From the NCBI RefSeq assembly GCF_032062105.1, contig NW_026935671.1:1-64000 (forward strand): DNA of 64,000 nt. Direction: 5' to 3'. Under the pieces are notes generated by a model. The model saw only the letters and a program-made list of their open reading frames with translations. It was not told the origin of the DNA and did not search any database. This DNA comes from Saccostrea cucullata. Its lineage: Eukaryota. Shown here in pieces: positions 12,080 to 26,220 of the stretch. Positions within the stretch are counted from its first letter, which is position 1. Every line of letters starts with the position of its first letter. A program made the position numbers and the translations under genes.

Positions 12080-14100
12080 TCCCTGTTTTCCGAATAAGGA
12101 TACATTTGAAAGGAAGAAAACATAATCGAAAAACCTTTAAATACACAGCAGATACAATATAGTGTTAAGAAAAACAACACGTCCGTTTTTCGGGGAATTT
12201 TCTTTAAGTCAATCATACAGAGAGACACCAGTGTTCTTTATTTCTCCAGTGTTTTGTTTCTTGTTGCCTGCACTAAAAAAAATATAATATTATTTCTAAC
12301 CCTTACATGTATTACTAATACCCTTTCTCTTTTTTTTTTTTAACAATCAGCAAATATTTATTAAATTTTCTTTTGTTTATTCGGTATATTTTAATTTTAT
12401 TCCAATATATTTTTTCGTTATAATAAAGTTGATAATTATATCTGTAATAATTTTGCAGAGGTAATTCATCTACTATTACACAATTTTTAATCTTATTCTT
12501 GTCAGAGAATGTTTTATTTTTATTAATTTCTAAGGAAATGTTAAGAAAGATCAATTTTTGTTTTATTTGTTAAATATCTCATTATTCCATTTTCATGCCA
12601 ATGTAAAATGTGAACCATCGCTACAATTTTGTTGTACGTTAGAATTTAGCACGGTTAACTATGTTATGTGTTAATTTAAGTTTTGCAAACTGCTTGCATG
12701 TTATATGGTAACTGAGATTAGTATTTCCTAAAGCCTCTTTGAAATAGATTTGATTGCTGCATTAATTTACCATTATGCAGTGTATGGACATGCAGTTTAA
12801 TACAGTATTTTAAAAACAGTATATGATGTATACGTCGAATCGTACATGTATAGTCAAGAAACCAGCAACCTTAAATTTTGACTTTCTCCTATGAATTCCT
12901 TACAAAAGAGTGAATGGACATATTTTCAATTGTGCAATCGGATGGAGAACAACTTGCAAATCTATTGAAATACAAACGTATTTAATTTTAGAATAAACAT
13001 TTCCTGTGTTCAAAACAAGAGTGCTTTTATGAGGAACAAACAATTGTTGACAAAAAAGAAGCCTTTTAATGAACAGTAGATACAATGTAGTGTAGAAGAA
13101 AAATATCACGTCCGTTTTTCGAAGTATTTTTTTAAATCAAAAACACTGAGGTAGCAGTGTTCTTTTTTTTCTTCTGTTTATTGTTTCTTTAATTTTTTTT
13201 TTTTGCATGTACTAAATAACGTCTGATCAAAATATTGTGGTACTTGGAAGCAGTTTTAAACATAATCTATATTGTAAATACTGCACTCAAGTTTTCCCCT
13301 TCAAAACAATCAACAAAGATGTTTAATATTTTATTATAATAATATCTTATCTTTACTTCATCAGATGTGTCTTTGTAATAAAAAAGATTCTTTTGTCTTC
13401 AAATATCTGGTGAATAAAATTTTCTATCCCTATCAAAACCCATCATGATTTTATATTTGCATGGTAAGAACATAGCTGCTCTGTAAGCTAAGAATATGTC
13501 TAGAGATAGCAAAAACTGATTAGTTGAATAAATTTCTAATATCATCATGTTAAAAGAGTCATAATGATTGTAGATTTTTTTCCCAATCTGCAACCTAATT
13601 TGACCAGAATATTTTGAACAGTGCTCTTTGTGAATTCGGAAAATAAATGTTTCATATTCAAATAAATAGACAAAAAGAAATGTTTCATGATGAGATAAAG
13701 TATATTCTATGAAAAATAAATCTGCTCTGAACTAAAACTGTAGCTTTTTTATAATGTTTATCGCTAGACAGCAAAGCTAGGATATTAAAGGAAATGATCG
13801 TCACTTCGATTGGCTGTTCATATCCCCCCTTTATGATATTTATATTCAAAGATGTGCTTATGTTTTTGTTCCTAATGCCATTTCAAAAATCTGGTCAAGA
13901 ACTATTACAGAGAACGATATTTTCGGGCTTTACATATATATCTGAAGTTTTCATCGAAACACAGAAGGCAAAATCCCTGTATCATTGAACTCAATAACTG
14001 CTTCAAATGCTGATATTTTGAAGTTCCCATTGCTTCATTGTTTAAGTTCATGTTGGCGACCTCCATTTTTGTCTGGCAATTTGCCAAAGTTATTGTTTTT
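12080..14100. repeat. Conserved intergenic module, copy B (a partial unit followed by a full unit)
   Basis: 12130-12270 repeats the 10720-10860 segment; 12545-13320 matches 10227-10960; 13480-14090 matches 24090 and 25675-26220. Confidence 0.85.
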
Positions 14101-14994
14101 ATTCATTTTTTTATCGTCGGTCAAATAACTATGAAAAGGCATGTATTTCATGATAGACATCAAACAATTAAACACAATTTTCAACACATCTTTGACTCAA
14201 GACACATTTATCAAGATATTAGTGATACTCTAATTTTGGTGATTTTTGCATTCCCTTAAAATAATTGCATATACCATTCACAAGTTATCACAATGTAATT
14301 TCATTACATGAGAATGGCTATGTCCTCTTTAGGTCAAGATCTATAGTAAATGAAAGGTGCCTACTGGTGTCTCTAATGTGAGAAATGTATTACATGTAAG
14401 TCATTTAGGTCTATAATTAAAAATATCTACCTGGTAAATTGATTATAGGTATTCAGAGTATTATAGCATGAATTTAAAACGAATTCCATGATTTTCAAAT
14501 TGCTTTACTAATTTACTTCAATTTCTATTGAAGCAGTAAAGTACGGGGAAAAGTAACATGAAATTGATTATGACGTCAAAATGGTTCAAGCACAAGCTAA
14601 ACACATAATGTCATAAGACGTCTCTGATATAGGAATATCGAAAAATTATACATGTAAGATAATACAGCGGCCTCATTTATCATCAGAGAGACTTGAAAGC
14701 AAATAGAATTTTGAAAATTTAAAAAAAAATTCTGCATCAGAATCATGCATTTGAATCAGTTTTTACATAATATTTATGATACTATTTACAGAAAATATAC
14801 GATTTTTTATGCTGACATATGCTTACGTTTATTTACGTCTCCCATCTTAAATAATATGGCGACCAATAAATTTTTGGCAATAATTGGTAAAATTAAACCT
14901 TATTAAGGGAAAATATATTCAATTTTTATACTTTAAACCATTAAAATTGTGAGGGTGGAAAAACATTAACTTAAGTATTTGTTACTAATATATT

Positions 14995-15400
14995 TTTCTA
15001 TCCCCCACCTGAAAAGCGGGTGGGTATATGGAAGTCCGTCCGTCCGTCCCTCCGTCTGTTACGCTTTGGGGTACATGTACCCATCTCCTATTCGCAATTT
15101 CTTCTCATACCACTGAATGAAATGGTGAGACTTTTATAGAATGTTTATCACATGTTTCCATTGTGCATCTCTTATTTTACTTTTTGATGCGGCATATATG
15201 GTCTTTATCATTCATTTTATAGGAGCAAGAATTTTTACAAATAAAAGTTTCAATAAAAAAAATCTTGAAACGAGGGGTCGTTTCAAAACCGGAAGTGCTT
15301 TTGATAAAGCTCCTACCCATGGATAAAGCAATGGTTTATCTAACAGGTAGTATCATCTACACGTATGAGATAAATACCTGATATTCAACCGAAAGCAAAT
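14995..15400 (+). mobile_element. Old HINE/Helentron-like element shared with the copy-1 3' flank
   Basis: T-run plus hairpin CCCCCACCTGAAAAGCGGGTGGG and (GTCC)n microsatellite; 15210-15400 is homologous to 2870-3055. Confidence 0.55.
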
Positions 15401-16222
15401 ATTTGTGTAAAGATATACAAAATTTATGTAAAGATATTTCTTATTTACAGTGAAGTCAAAAGGGAAACAAAAATAATATATATTAGTGTGTATATGTAAA
15501 GTGTCTAAACATATCTTTTAAAATGCCTTTCTATTATCCTGGCTAGTAATTCTTCCTGGTACAATAATACAGGTTTCTAAGGCCAACAATAAGATATGAT
15601 TTGTTTGATGTACTCCGTCCGACCCGTCAAAATCGCCCCTACCATATCATTTTATCAGCATTTTGATTTTTTTTCTGTTTCCATAGTACTTAAATTTTCT
15701 TTAAAGAGGCTGGGTGGTCGTTGCCATTTGTAGACTATTTCGATCTCCTTTAGAAGAAGAGCTCCATATAAAGATATACAAAAATGATCAAATTTTAAAA
15801 CTATTAATGTATGAAATTTTTCTTTGTCAAATGATAGTTGACAGCTAAAGATATCATATCTTAACAATTTAATTTATATCTGGTGGTTAATATCTTGTTA
15901 ATTTGTTAACCCCCAGCCTCCTTAAGATGCATTTGAATTGAAAAAAAACATAGCAATAACTTATAAATCAATATAGCTATCCAGTGTGTAATAAAACATC
16001 AATAAATTTCTGAGTCTGTGATTTTTATGACCGGTATCATTTAGCCCAATTCTGTAAAGCAAAAAAAAATTCTTACCTTCCTACCCACCTTGACAGATGT
16101 GGGTCGGAGTGTGGGTCGGAGTATATCAAACAAAAATATTTTTAATGATGGTCTAATGATGAAATTAAAAATGCAATTTACTTATGTAATATGCAAAGAA
16201 AAAATATTTTATCCACTGTTTA
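15210..16222 (-). repeat. Duplicated 3' flank/UTR of GPCR copy 1 (belongs to the pseudogene)
   Basis: 15210-15530 matches 2870-3200; 16155-16222 matches 3207-3259 (ends TTTATCCACTGTTTA); interrupted by a MITE. Confidence 0.85.
15581..16153. mobile_element. PIF/Harbinger-type MITE
   Basis: TAA|GGCC...TTTGTTTGATGTACTCCG ... CGGAGTATATCAAACAAA...GGTC|TAA; absent from the paralogous copy-1 flank. Confidence 0.75.
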
Positions 16223-19200
16223 GCTGTAGTTGAAAATACTTTGTTTTTGGATAGGTGTGACATTTCCTCCTCATGAAAATCTATACTTTTAAAGAAATTA
16301 AATGTTGAAGTCTGAATCTGAATGTGTTATTATCTAATCTATACTTTCACAGAAATTTATTGTTTAAATCTGAATCTTTCTTATGAAGACATAAACTTTA
16401 ATGTAAAATTTATCAAGTATTGAATGGAAATCAATACGTAAACATTAAGGACATGACGTCACAATGAGCATATGAATAACCAAATTCTTTCAGTCTTCCA
16501 TAATAAAAAATAATATCAAAAATTTTCAATCATAACAGTCAAATGAAAAACAGTGAAAAGTTTATTTATACATATACCTCTTATTAAAACGAACGTCTCC
16601 TTCATAGTGGACGTGATATTAAATTTATGTTCAAGAAAAGATTTTTTTAATTTCCTATTGAAAATTATCATGCAGCTTTTCTAAAGTATGATTTAGATTA
16701 TATATTTATTATGCTGAATGTTAACATCAGTGCTTTCGAATTCAAGACAGGTTTAAATTAAACATGCAATTCAATGTAATCTGAATAGGGCCGTTGATGT
16801 GAAGACTCCCCCTCACCCCCCCCCCCCCCCACCCAACCACTGTTTGATTTTTAAAAATTTGCTTGTAGCATGTGATTAATTATTTTTTTTTGTTACTAGC
16901 AATAAACACAGACTTATAAAAATCTACACGTATGGTATAAGAATTCAGAAATTTATTCAGCAATGTTTTATTATAATTCCTGCAAGGTACTATATTTTTA
17001 TAATTATTGCGGCATATATTTTTGTTTGTTCCCCAACCCTTCAAATGTATCCCAACCCTTATGGGGCTTCAACGCAGCTCTAGACACCCTGTCCTCAATA
17101 CCACCCCTCCCCCGTTATTATATTCCTAGATCCGCAACTGTAATCTATAAGGAGTTTAGAATGAAATGATATTATTTTGACAAATTTTGTATGGCTACAG
17201 TTGTGAGTGTTTTCGGCAATTTCTATGTAATTTTAAAAAGAAACATGATGCAACTAACTATTCAATTGTGTCTGAATAAAGATTAACAGTTCCCAATAGC
17301 AATTAACTTTTTTTTTTACACAGACAAGTGAAGGCAATTTTAACATACCAGGTATATGAATTTGCTGTATATTTAAGAAATAAAAACAAGCATAATTGCA
17401 AAATTTTCTGACAGTAGAATGCATTCCGCTGCATAAATCGATGTATTTAGTAACTTTTTCAGAAATTTTTTAAGTCATGATCATTTATAAAATATTAAAT
17501 TGCTTTTTAAAAATTATCTGTGTTAAAACGAATGTATCAGACAAAATATTGTTAGGATTTAAATGAATTTCAACTAAATTATCCATGAAATAAAACATTA
17601 AATATGTCATATGATATAAATATTGATACAAATGACATTCATAAGGGTCGGGAATGTTTTATGTCCATATTCACCGTAATGAAAATGGTACTTTTCTGAA
17701 TTTTAAGGATGTCAACTTCCGTCCGTGATAATTATTCGTTCCGAAAAAATATGAATTTTAGTATTTTATCGTTAGTATAGAACAAATGACGTAAAACATT
17801 GCGAAGGCCCCAGAAAGTATAAATGTTTCCAAAGGAAGTGCGACAGGATTGGAATTGAAATTACTGCCACTGAAATCTATCAAATATCTATAAACATTTA
17901 CAAACAGTATTGTAAAGCATAATCAATATCAAAAATGCCTATGTTTTAGCAGTTTTTGTCTCAGTAGTTGCATAGTCAAGTAAATGACGTAATATATTCA
18001 GCGTTTTGAGGTATATTTTAAAAGAATTTTTCATTAAAACAACTTTCAAGAAAAAAACAACTTATTTTGTTAGCTTATGGTAATCCGGGAATGACAAAAA
18101 AAGTCACACCGTTGTGACGGTGCCCACACGACACAAAATAACTTTATTTTTCATATAATAATAACATACATGTAACTCAAAATGACAATTGTAGCTTATA
18201 AGAAGGTTAAATAAGAAAAGGGACTTGAACTAAGTTTTGATATTTTTAGATTAAGTGTTTTGTTAATCTGCATTTTGATTATTTGTATTTTGCTTCATTT
18301 AAATAGAAAAATATATAGAAGTGGGCGGTACTGATTATCAAGATGTACAATTATGACTACCAATGAACAAGTTTATATCAAGAATTTAATTTAAAATCCT
18401 TCTTTAAGACAGTCCTTTCCGATATTTTCTTTGAAATCCTCTACATTGACCGGTATATATTTACAGCCGACATCAAAACAAAACGCACAGACTTCTAAAG
18501 CTGATGTGGATAAACTATGTAAATCATGCACATAACATTACAAAATAGCATAATATTTATTTCTACAAGTCTAGAAAATCATACCTGTCGGACAGTACTA
18601 CTACATTTTCTGATTCTGGAACATCTTCCCGGTATTATGTTTTTTAATCCAGCTTTAGAAGGGTTATAGTTCAACATTTCAACCCGTCTGTACTGTTACC
18701 TTTAAGGGTAATGTTTTCTTATCTGCACTTCCTATTATCCAGAATGAAATTCAATGAAACTTTCACAGAATCTTAATAAATAGTCATTGTACCTTTTAAA
18801 CTTATTTTCCGACACATGGTTTTGTTTTCTAAAAAACATAAAATATAAAAGCGTAATTGAGCGAAACCCCCATCACTATATACCCTCCCACTTTTCAAGC
18901 GAGGGTAAAAAATCTAAAATCAAAGAAAAATTGAAAAAGGCTATTATAGACATATCCTCGAAATAGGGGAGTAATTAATATATGTTCATAGCAAAGAACA
19001 TTTACAGCGTGTCATTTGTTGGAATGAAAGGAGAGATAATTATGAAAAAAAAAATTCCAACTTCATAAACTATACGTTCATTTTTTTTAAGTACATGGCA
19101 TTTCATCTGAATGAATAAAGGTTCATAAAACTGGTCAATCGTTTGTTAAAAAATAGATTATCTGAAAACTTATGTGAAAGATTTCAAACTATAACGTTAT

Positions 19201-20036
19201 TGATGAATTGAAAGATAGTTCAAAATGGTTTACTGGAATATTGGCAGGATTAAGTAAATAGTTTTCGGTTTAAGAGAATTTACAAAGTTCATTTAACGTA
19301 ACGTTAAAATCAGTAATGTCGTTGATCGTTTCCAAAAGTTGTAATTATTGAAAAAATGGCCATTTTCCAAAACCTTGGCGGAAAAAAGGTTATTCCAAAA
19401 AATAAGCTATTTTGAAAGGAGACAATGAAAAAACTGTAAAGAGAAGGGCCGCCTTTATATAGTACCCATTCTTTAAAAATTTCTTATCAAGAACACTGAA
19501 TCAAAAGATGAAACAAAAATAATATATATTAGTGTAGTGTAATTCAAGTTTTTAAAATGCCTTTCTATTACCCCTGGGGTTAGGGTGGGGCCAAAATGGT
19601 ACGATCACAGTTTTACAGAGGAATATATAGGAAAAATCTTTAAAAATTTGTCTTGCCAGGAAAGATGAAACTCATGTGGAATCATTTTTTTTCAGGTAGT
19701 TCCAGATTTTTTTTCAAAGGCTGGGTGGTCTTGGGGTATTTTGCCCAAAATGAGCTCCATATAAAATTTACAAAAAATAAATTTTAAAAAAAATTATAAA
19801 TCTTCTTTGTCAAACCACTTGACAGCTGAAGATGAAACTCATGTGGAACAATTTAATTTATATCAAGTTTGTTAATATCTTGTTAATTTAGGGTTGGCCA
19901 AAATGGCCTTAAGATGCAAATTTTACAGATTGATATATAAAAAAATCTTAAAAATCTTATAAATCAATATAGCTAACCAGTGTGTAATAAAACATCAATA
20001 AATTTCTGAACATTTTTCAATTCAAATCCATCTTAA

Positions 20037-20756
20037 GAGGTACCGACCCTCTGATATGACAGATAACTCTCAGAGACAGTCAGAGTAAAAAATATGAATA
20101 CTACTCTCAGTTTTCTTAATCAGAGTTTCCTAATTTAGATCTCTGAGTAGTCAATTCGATGAAATCTAACATGTGATGGAAACATTTCTTTCTATTTCTT
20201 TTGACAACCTCTTACTAATTGTTCTATTATATTTAACAATAAAACATTTAAATCCTTCTTCAAAAGCATTTTAAATTGAGTAAGTTGTATTTTTTAAAAG
20301 ACCATTTAAATAATGGTTTAATGTTTTAAGTACTTAATACAGAATTTTTGTAAGTATGACATTTTTTTTTCATATGAAGAAATCTTTAGAAGAAAGATAA
20401 CTCCTCCTCACAGATGTATATTTTTCTTACAACCACATACAATATTGTAATTTTCTGAGTAAGGAAGCATCATGATGTTTTCTGACATGAATTTAATAGA
20501 TATTATACTAAGTATTATTATACACCTCATATTTCAAATTAAATGTTATGATAATAAACCGTTACTGTTTCTGTTCTCTATGTTGAAATTTCTTCATATC
20601 ATGATCTGACATAAAAATCATTTCTGAAAAAATAAGCTGCGCTTCTTACATCAAACTATTTTCCATGTGGCTCTAATTTTATTGTTGTTCATGAAAATCA
20701 ACATTAGAAATATTAAATTTTCTGAGTGAAATTTGATAGCAGAGGGTCGGGACCCC
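20037..20756. mobile_element. Kolobok-type MITE (TTAA TSD) abutting the pseudogene breakpoint
   Basis: TTAA|GAGGTACCGACCCTCTG ... CAGAGGGTCGGGACCCC|TTAA. Confidence 0.75.
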
Positions 20757-20761
20757 TTAAG

Positions 20762-21137
20762 GAGGCTGACAGAAGTAAAGAGTAGATCCAAATCATAACA
20801 GAACATGTCATGACAATTGGCACAGTTAGTCTTATTTTGCTCTCTAGGGGATGAACTATTGATAAATATCTGATCATAGCAAGGAACACAATGTGTGCAG
20901 CTGAACAAGAAATAAATGTATCATCTAGAAAATAAATATAAACCCGAAAATACTTTCATCATAAGCATATTGAAATAGAAGATAAATAAACAAATCGGAA
21001 AATTTTCGTACAAAAATACTGATGATATTTAGAGTATCTGGTAATGCAAGGCATCCGATGGCAAGAAATGTTGGAGTATGTAACCGTTTATAGCATAGAA
21101 TTTTGAATATAGTTACAACATTTCCTACGAATCCCAG
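20762..21137 (-). pseudogene. GPCR pseudogene fragment (TM1-TM4), recent duplicate of copy 1
   Basis: Translates LGFVGNVVTIFKILCYKRLHTPTFLAIGCLALPDTLNIISIFVRKFSDLFIYLLFQY...FGFI, then a 4-bp deletion near 20938, then YFLDDTFISCSAAHIVFLAMIRYLSIVHPLESKIRLTV...IWIY; truncated at both ends. Confidence 0.9.
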
Positions 21138-22968
21138 TTATTTTTTTAATTCAGTTGCGTTTTTTCTCTATACAAAACTTCTTCTGTTTAACTACTTTCT
21201 AAGAAACTGAACAGTATAATCATCATTACAAATATTAATTTATTCAACTTTACTTCGTTATAAAATATATTGGTTTCCTTTTTCCGTTAGAACAAAATGC
21301 AGTTTCAATGTAAATTTGGCACTGTATTTTGATGTAAAAAATTAAAACCCATCATGTCTAAATAATTAAAAATCCATGCAATAAAAACAAACAAGTCGTT
21401 TTTATATTACACTCTCAACAATAATTGTGAGGTTATAAACTTGTTCTTTTTGGTATCGATTGGATTGCTGCAATAACATTCTCTCATGAATTGTTTGTAC
21501 ATTTACATACGGTATTCTAAACAAAGTTAGCTTTCTACGTCCAATTGTACAGTGAGAAAACATGCAAGCTTAAAGCCCGAGATAATAAGCACCGCCTTCA
21601 GATTTACATGGTCTGTATTCCCCTGTCAATCAAATGAATTAAGGTCCATCATTGGGTACTTAAAATTCATTGACATTTAGCTACTAGTCCCTCTGTATAA
21701 TTCCTTCACCTGTTTTGACACCCGTAGCAACCATCGAAATACGGTAACTTTCGGTCTTCTGTTGTTTACCACTAAATTACCTGCACAATAAGGAAGACAT
21801 TTTGAGGAAAACTATTTTAGATTAGTTATAATTGATTATAATTATTGGAATTACAAACCTGTCATTGAAAAATTATAATTTTCTCATAGTGTTTTGATGA
21901 AATAAATCAAAATTGTGTATAATTATTTATTAATGAAAAGTGCATAGGTGATTGAAATCTTATCTTCAGTCGTAAAGGATTCTTGTTTTGAGACGCGGTG
22001 AAAAAATTGTCGGGTTACGTACAATAAAAATAAAGGAGAAAAATAATATAAGCTGGTAATAAGTAGTAAAGATTAAAGCAAAATATCTTGTTAGAAACAA
22101 CTCAGCTTGGACAAGTATTAAGACTTATTCTCTTTTCTTTTCATTTTTATAATTGCGCTTTTCTTACTACGTGGGTTGTTACTTCCGTTCAAGGTCACAC
22201 TGACAGGTGTCAGAAATAGTTTCGAAAGAAATACATAAGTTAGCAATAACTTAATATTTCGTATTTAATATTCTATTATAATTTAGATTAACTTCAAATT
22301 CACACACATTTGTATATAATTTTAATTTCTTAAAACCATCGTTATCACTAATTTTTCACAATAGCACCTTTGCTAAAAATAGGACCACGCGATTTTTCAT
22401 ACAAACGGGAAGTAATTGTTACTTTTGACTGTGATCGAAGCTCTATGCTATTTTATTAACGATGATTATCTGTATTTCATTTTTTTTAAATGAACTCAAT
22501 TAATTGCTGCTGTGACGTGCAATGAATGGTACATACCGTAGATTTTCACAAAAATCGTCCGATGAAATTTCTGCTTGATATATTAGATATAAGTCTGAAA
22601 ATTATGAAATTTTGCAAATATCAATTATTACTAATGACATTTTTTATTTACGATGTCGATATATACTAATTTTATGTTAAAAAGTAGCCCAAGCAAGCCG
22701 TACAGGTAATACGCATGGACTTCCTGTGTATGCTGTTTGTGTATAAGGATAAGCGTTCTCCGTGGTCTGCACCAGCGTCATGCCTCGAGGTTGCCAAGAA
22801 TGTAGGGTTAAAAATTATCTTTAAATTTCAGACCTGATAATTGGTACTGGGTTGCCAAGAAAGAAAAATGTAGTCCCTCTCCTTACCCAAAATATGTCAA
22901 CAGACAAAACGTCATACGGTTAAAAATTTCAGCCTTTAAATTTGTACGTCATTGTTAAACGTAATAAC

Positions 22969-23160
22969 ATACTATATACAGGGAAATTTTCGCCCCTGTT
23001 TTATTTTTACCCCTTTCGCCCTAACCTTGATTGGGCGAATTCAAAACGGGGCGAATTAAAAAAAATACAGTATAAGTTTTTCAACCAAACTATGACTGGG
23101 CGAATTTTAAACTGGGCAAAATGGTTTGTAAGTCTGAAAGGGCGAAACTAAAGCGGGGCG
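22969..23160. mobile_element. Truncated TACTGT-type MITE with GGGCGAA repeats
   Basis: TACTATATACAGGG...TTCGCCC and GGGCGAA inverted motifs. Confidence 0.55.
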
Positions 23161-23329
23161 TGCAACGGTCTCTCCGTCCGTTCATAAGTTCGTCTTTCTG
23201 AATGTCCGTCCGTATGCTCTTAAAATCCCAAAGTCTACATGTAACAATGTAAATAGCAAAACATCAAAGCTGTTATGTAGACCTGTATTTAAGGAACTTG
23301 AACCTCTCTTTTGTGGCTCATGTTCCTAA

Positions 23330-25641
23330 TACTATCACTAGGACGGAACTAATGTTATGTGCTTTATACTATTTCGTCAATCATTTTTTTTAAAAATAAG
23401 ATTTATCTCATCATAAAGCCTGCTCATAAGATTAAAAGTTTTAATACAGTATTCTAAAAACAGTACAAGTATAATGTATATGTCAAACCGTATAGTCAGG
23501 AAACCATCAACCTTGCGTTTCTCTGAAATTTCTCGTATTAATTTCGTCCACAAGAGTGAAGGGGCATATTCTGAATTATGCAATAAGATAGAGAACAACA
23601 TAAAAGACGATTGAAATATTTTAGTTTAGAATAACCTTTCCTGTGTTCCAAAGAAGGATGCTTTTATGTGGAACAAACAATATTGATAAACGATGAAGCC
23701 TTTAAATGAACTACAAATACAATAAAATGTAGAAGAAAAATCATGTCCGTTTTTCGGAGAATTTTTTATTTAAGTCAATCACACTGAGGCACCAGTAATT
23801 GTTTATCTTTTTTATTGTTTCTTTATGCCTGTGCTAAATAATGACTGATCAAAATAATTTAGCACTTGGAAGCAGTACTACACATTACTTATATTATGAA
23901 TACTACCTTTATGTTTTTTTTTCTCTTTTTAACAATCAACAAGGATGTTTATGGTTTTATTTACATCTATACCAAAAATTTACATGTTTCATATGATTTG
24001 TATGTGTCTCTAATAAAAATATAATTTTCATCTACAAAATTCTGGACAATTAGTTTTTCATCTCCTACCAAAACGTACATCCGGTGAGAATATAGCTTCG
24101 TTGTAAACTACAGATACAATGTATGTCTAACAAGATGCTCATTGGCCACATCGCTCACCTGAGCACTGTGGCTATCCCCGGGGGTCATGATTTGAACAAA
24201 TATGAATCTACACAACCTGAGGATGCTTCCATATAAATATGATGAATTATGGCTCTACTATTCTTGAGAAGAAAATTTTAAAAGAATTTTCTTATATATT
24301 TTGGCCCCGCCCTACCTCCGGGGGTCATGATTTTAAAAAAACTTGAATCTACACTACCTGAGGATACTTCCATATAAATATGATCAATTATGACCTTACT
24401 ATTCTTGAGACGAAGATTTTTCAAGAATTTTCCTATATACTTCTATGTAAAACTTTGATTGGCCATTTTGGCCCCGCCCTCCCCAAATGGGTCAAGATTT
24501 GAACACACTTGAATCCACACTACCTGAGGATGCTTCCATATACGTTTCATCTTCCCTGGCACAGTGGTTCTTGAGAAGAAGATTATTAAAGAATGTTCCT
24601 ATATATTTCGATGTAAACATTTGGTCAGCCATTGTGGCCCCGCCCTTCCCCCAGGGGTCATGATTTGAACAAACTTGAATCTACACTACCTGAAGATACT
24701 TCCATATAAGTTTCATTTTTCCTGATAAAGTGGTTCTTAAGTAGAAAATTTTAAAAGAATTTTCCTATATATTTCTATGTAAAAGTTTGATCGGCCATTG
24801 TGGCCCCGCCCTAACCCCAGGGGTCATGACTTGAACAAAATTGAATCTACACTACCTGAGGATACTACCATATAAGTTTCATCTTTCCTGGCACAGTGGT
24901 TCTTGAGAAGAAGATTTTTAAAGAATTTTCCTATATATTTCGATGTAAACATTTGGTCAGCCATTGTGGCCCCTCCCTACCCCCAGGGGGTCATGATTTG
25001 AACAAACTTGAATTTACACTACCTGTGGATGCTTCCATATAAGTTTCATCTTTCCTGGCACAGTGGTTCTTGAGAAGAAGATTTTAAAAGAATATTCCGA
25101 TAAATTTCTATGTAAAACTTTGGTCTGGCATTGTGGTCCCGCCCTACCCCCCGGGGGTCATGATTTGAACAAACTTGAATTTACACTACCTGAGGATGCT
25201 TCCATATAAGTTTCATTTTTCCTGGCACAGTGGTTCTTGAGAAGATTTTTAAAGAATTTTCCTATATATTTCGATGTAAAATTTTGGTAAGCCATTGTGG
25301 CCCTGCCCTACCCCTGGGGGTCATGATTTGAACAAACTTGAATCTACACTACCTGAGGATGCTTCCATATAAGTTTCATCTTTCCTTGCACAGTGGTTCT
25401 TCAGAAGAAGATTTTAAAAGAATTAGATTTCATGTTAAACACTTGTCATTAGCATAATAATGATTTTTATTTATTCCTAAGTCATGTAAAGGATGTAAAA
25501 TTGAATAAATATGGCCCTTCCCTAACTTACCCAAATGCTTGATTTGTGGCAAGTTTGGTTAAAATTGGCCCAGTTCAAAAATGTGAAAAGTTTACAGACA
25601 GACAGACAGACGGACGGACAGACAGACTACAGACAAAATGA

Positions 25642-25672
<31 letters not shown>

Positions 25673-26220
25673 TAATTAGTTGAATGTATCAATATTTCAT
25701 GTTAAAGACTTGTCATTAGAAATAATAATGATTGTATTTTTTTTTCAAATTCATGCAACTTAACAAGTGTATTTTGAACAGTGCATGTTTGCAAATTCTG
25801 AAAATTAATCCAAAGAGACGCAAAGTTATGTTTCATAATCAGTTATGAATAGGAATATTCTATGTAAAATAAATATGCCCTGAAGCTAACTGTAGCTTTT
25901 CAGAATGATTAACAATGCATATTGCTACACGGCAAATGCTTGAGTATTTGAATATCTTCTTTGTTCCCTCTTCATCATATTAAAGATCGATATGGCTCTA
26001 GTGTTTATATCATTTCATAAATGGTCAGGTATGTTTACAAAGAACTACGTTTGTTGCAACTGGTTACTTACATCTAATATAAAAGTTTTCATTGAAAAAT
26101 AGATTGCAGTCTCACTGTATTATTGATGTGGATTCGATGGTTGATAATTTGTGGTTTCTATTCTTTCGTTGATCTATTAAGTGCAAGACGCTCATTAGCA
26201 TTTTTTTTCTGGGAATTTAT
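23330..26220. repeat. Conserved intergenic module, copy C (split by a Helitron-N insertion)
   Basis: 23445-24128 matches the copy-B core; homology resumes at 25675. Confidence 0.8.
24129..25672 (-). mobile_element. Non-autonomous Helitron/HINE (Helitron-N2_CGi-like) carrying ~7.5 copies of a ~166-bp Cg170-like satellite
   Basis: Ends ACAAGA..GGCCACATCGCTCACCTGAG and GATCAGAAAAGCTCACTTGAGCCTTCGGCTC; (GACA/GACG)n microsatellite; CCCCGCCC/GGGGTCATGATTTGAACAAACTTGAATC recurring every ~166 bp (24305, 24472, 24638, 24804, ...). Confidence 0.9.

Noticed and set aside
24170-25420. Regular repeat array as a CRISPR
   Set aside because: Whole ~166-bp monomers repeat with no unique spacers; eukaryotic satellite within a Helitron-N element; no cas genes.
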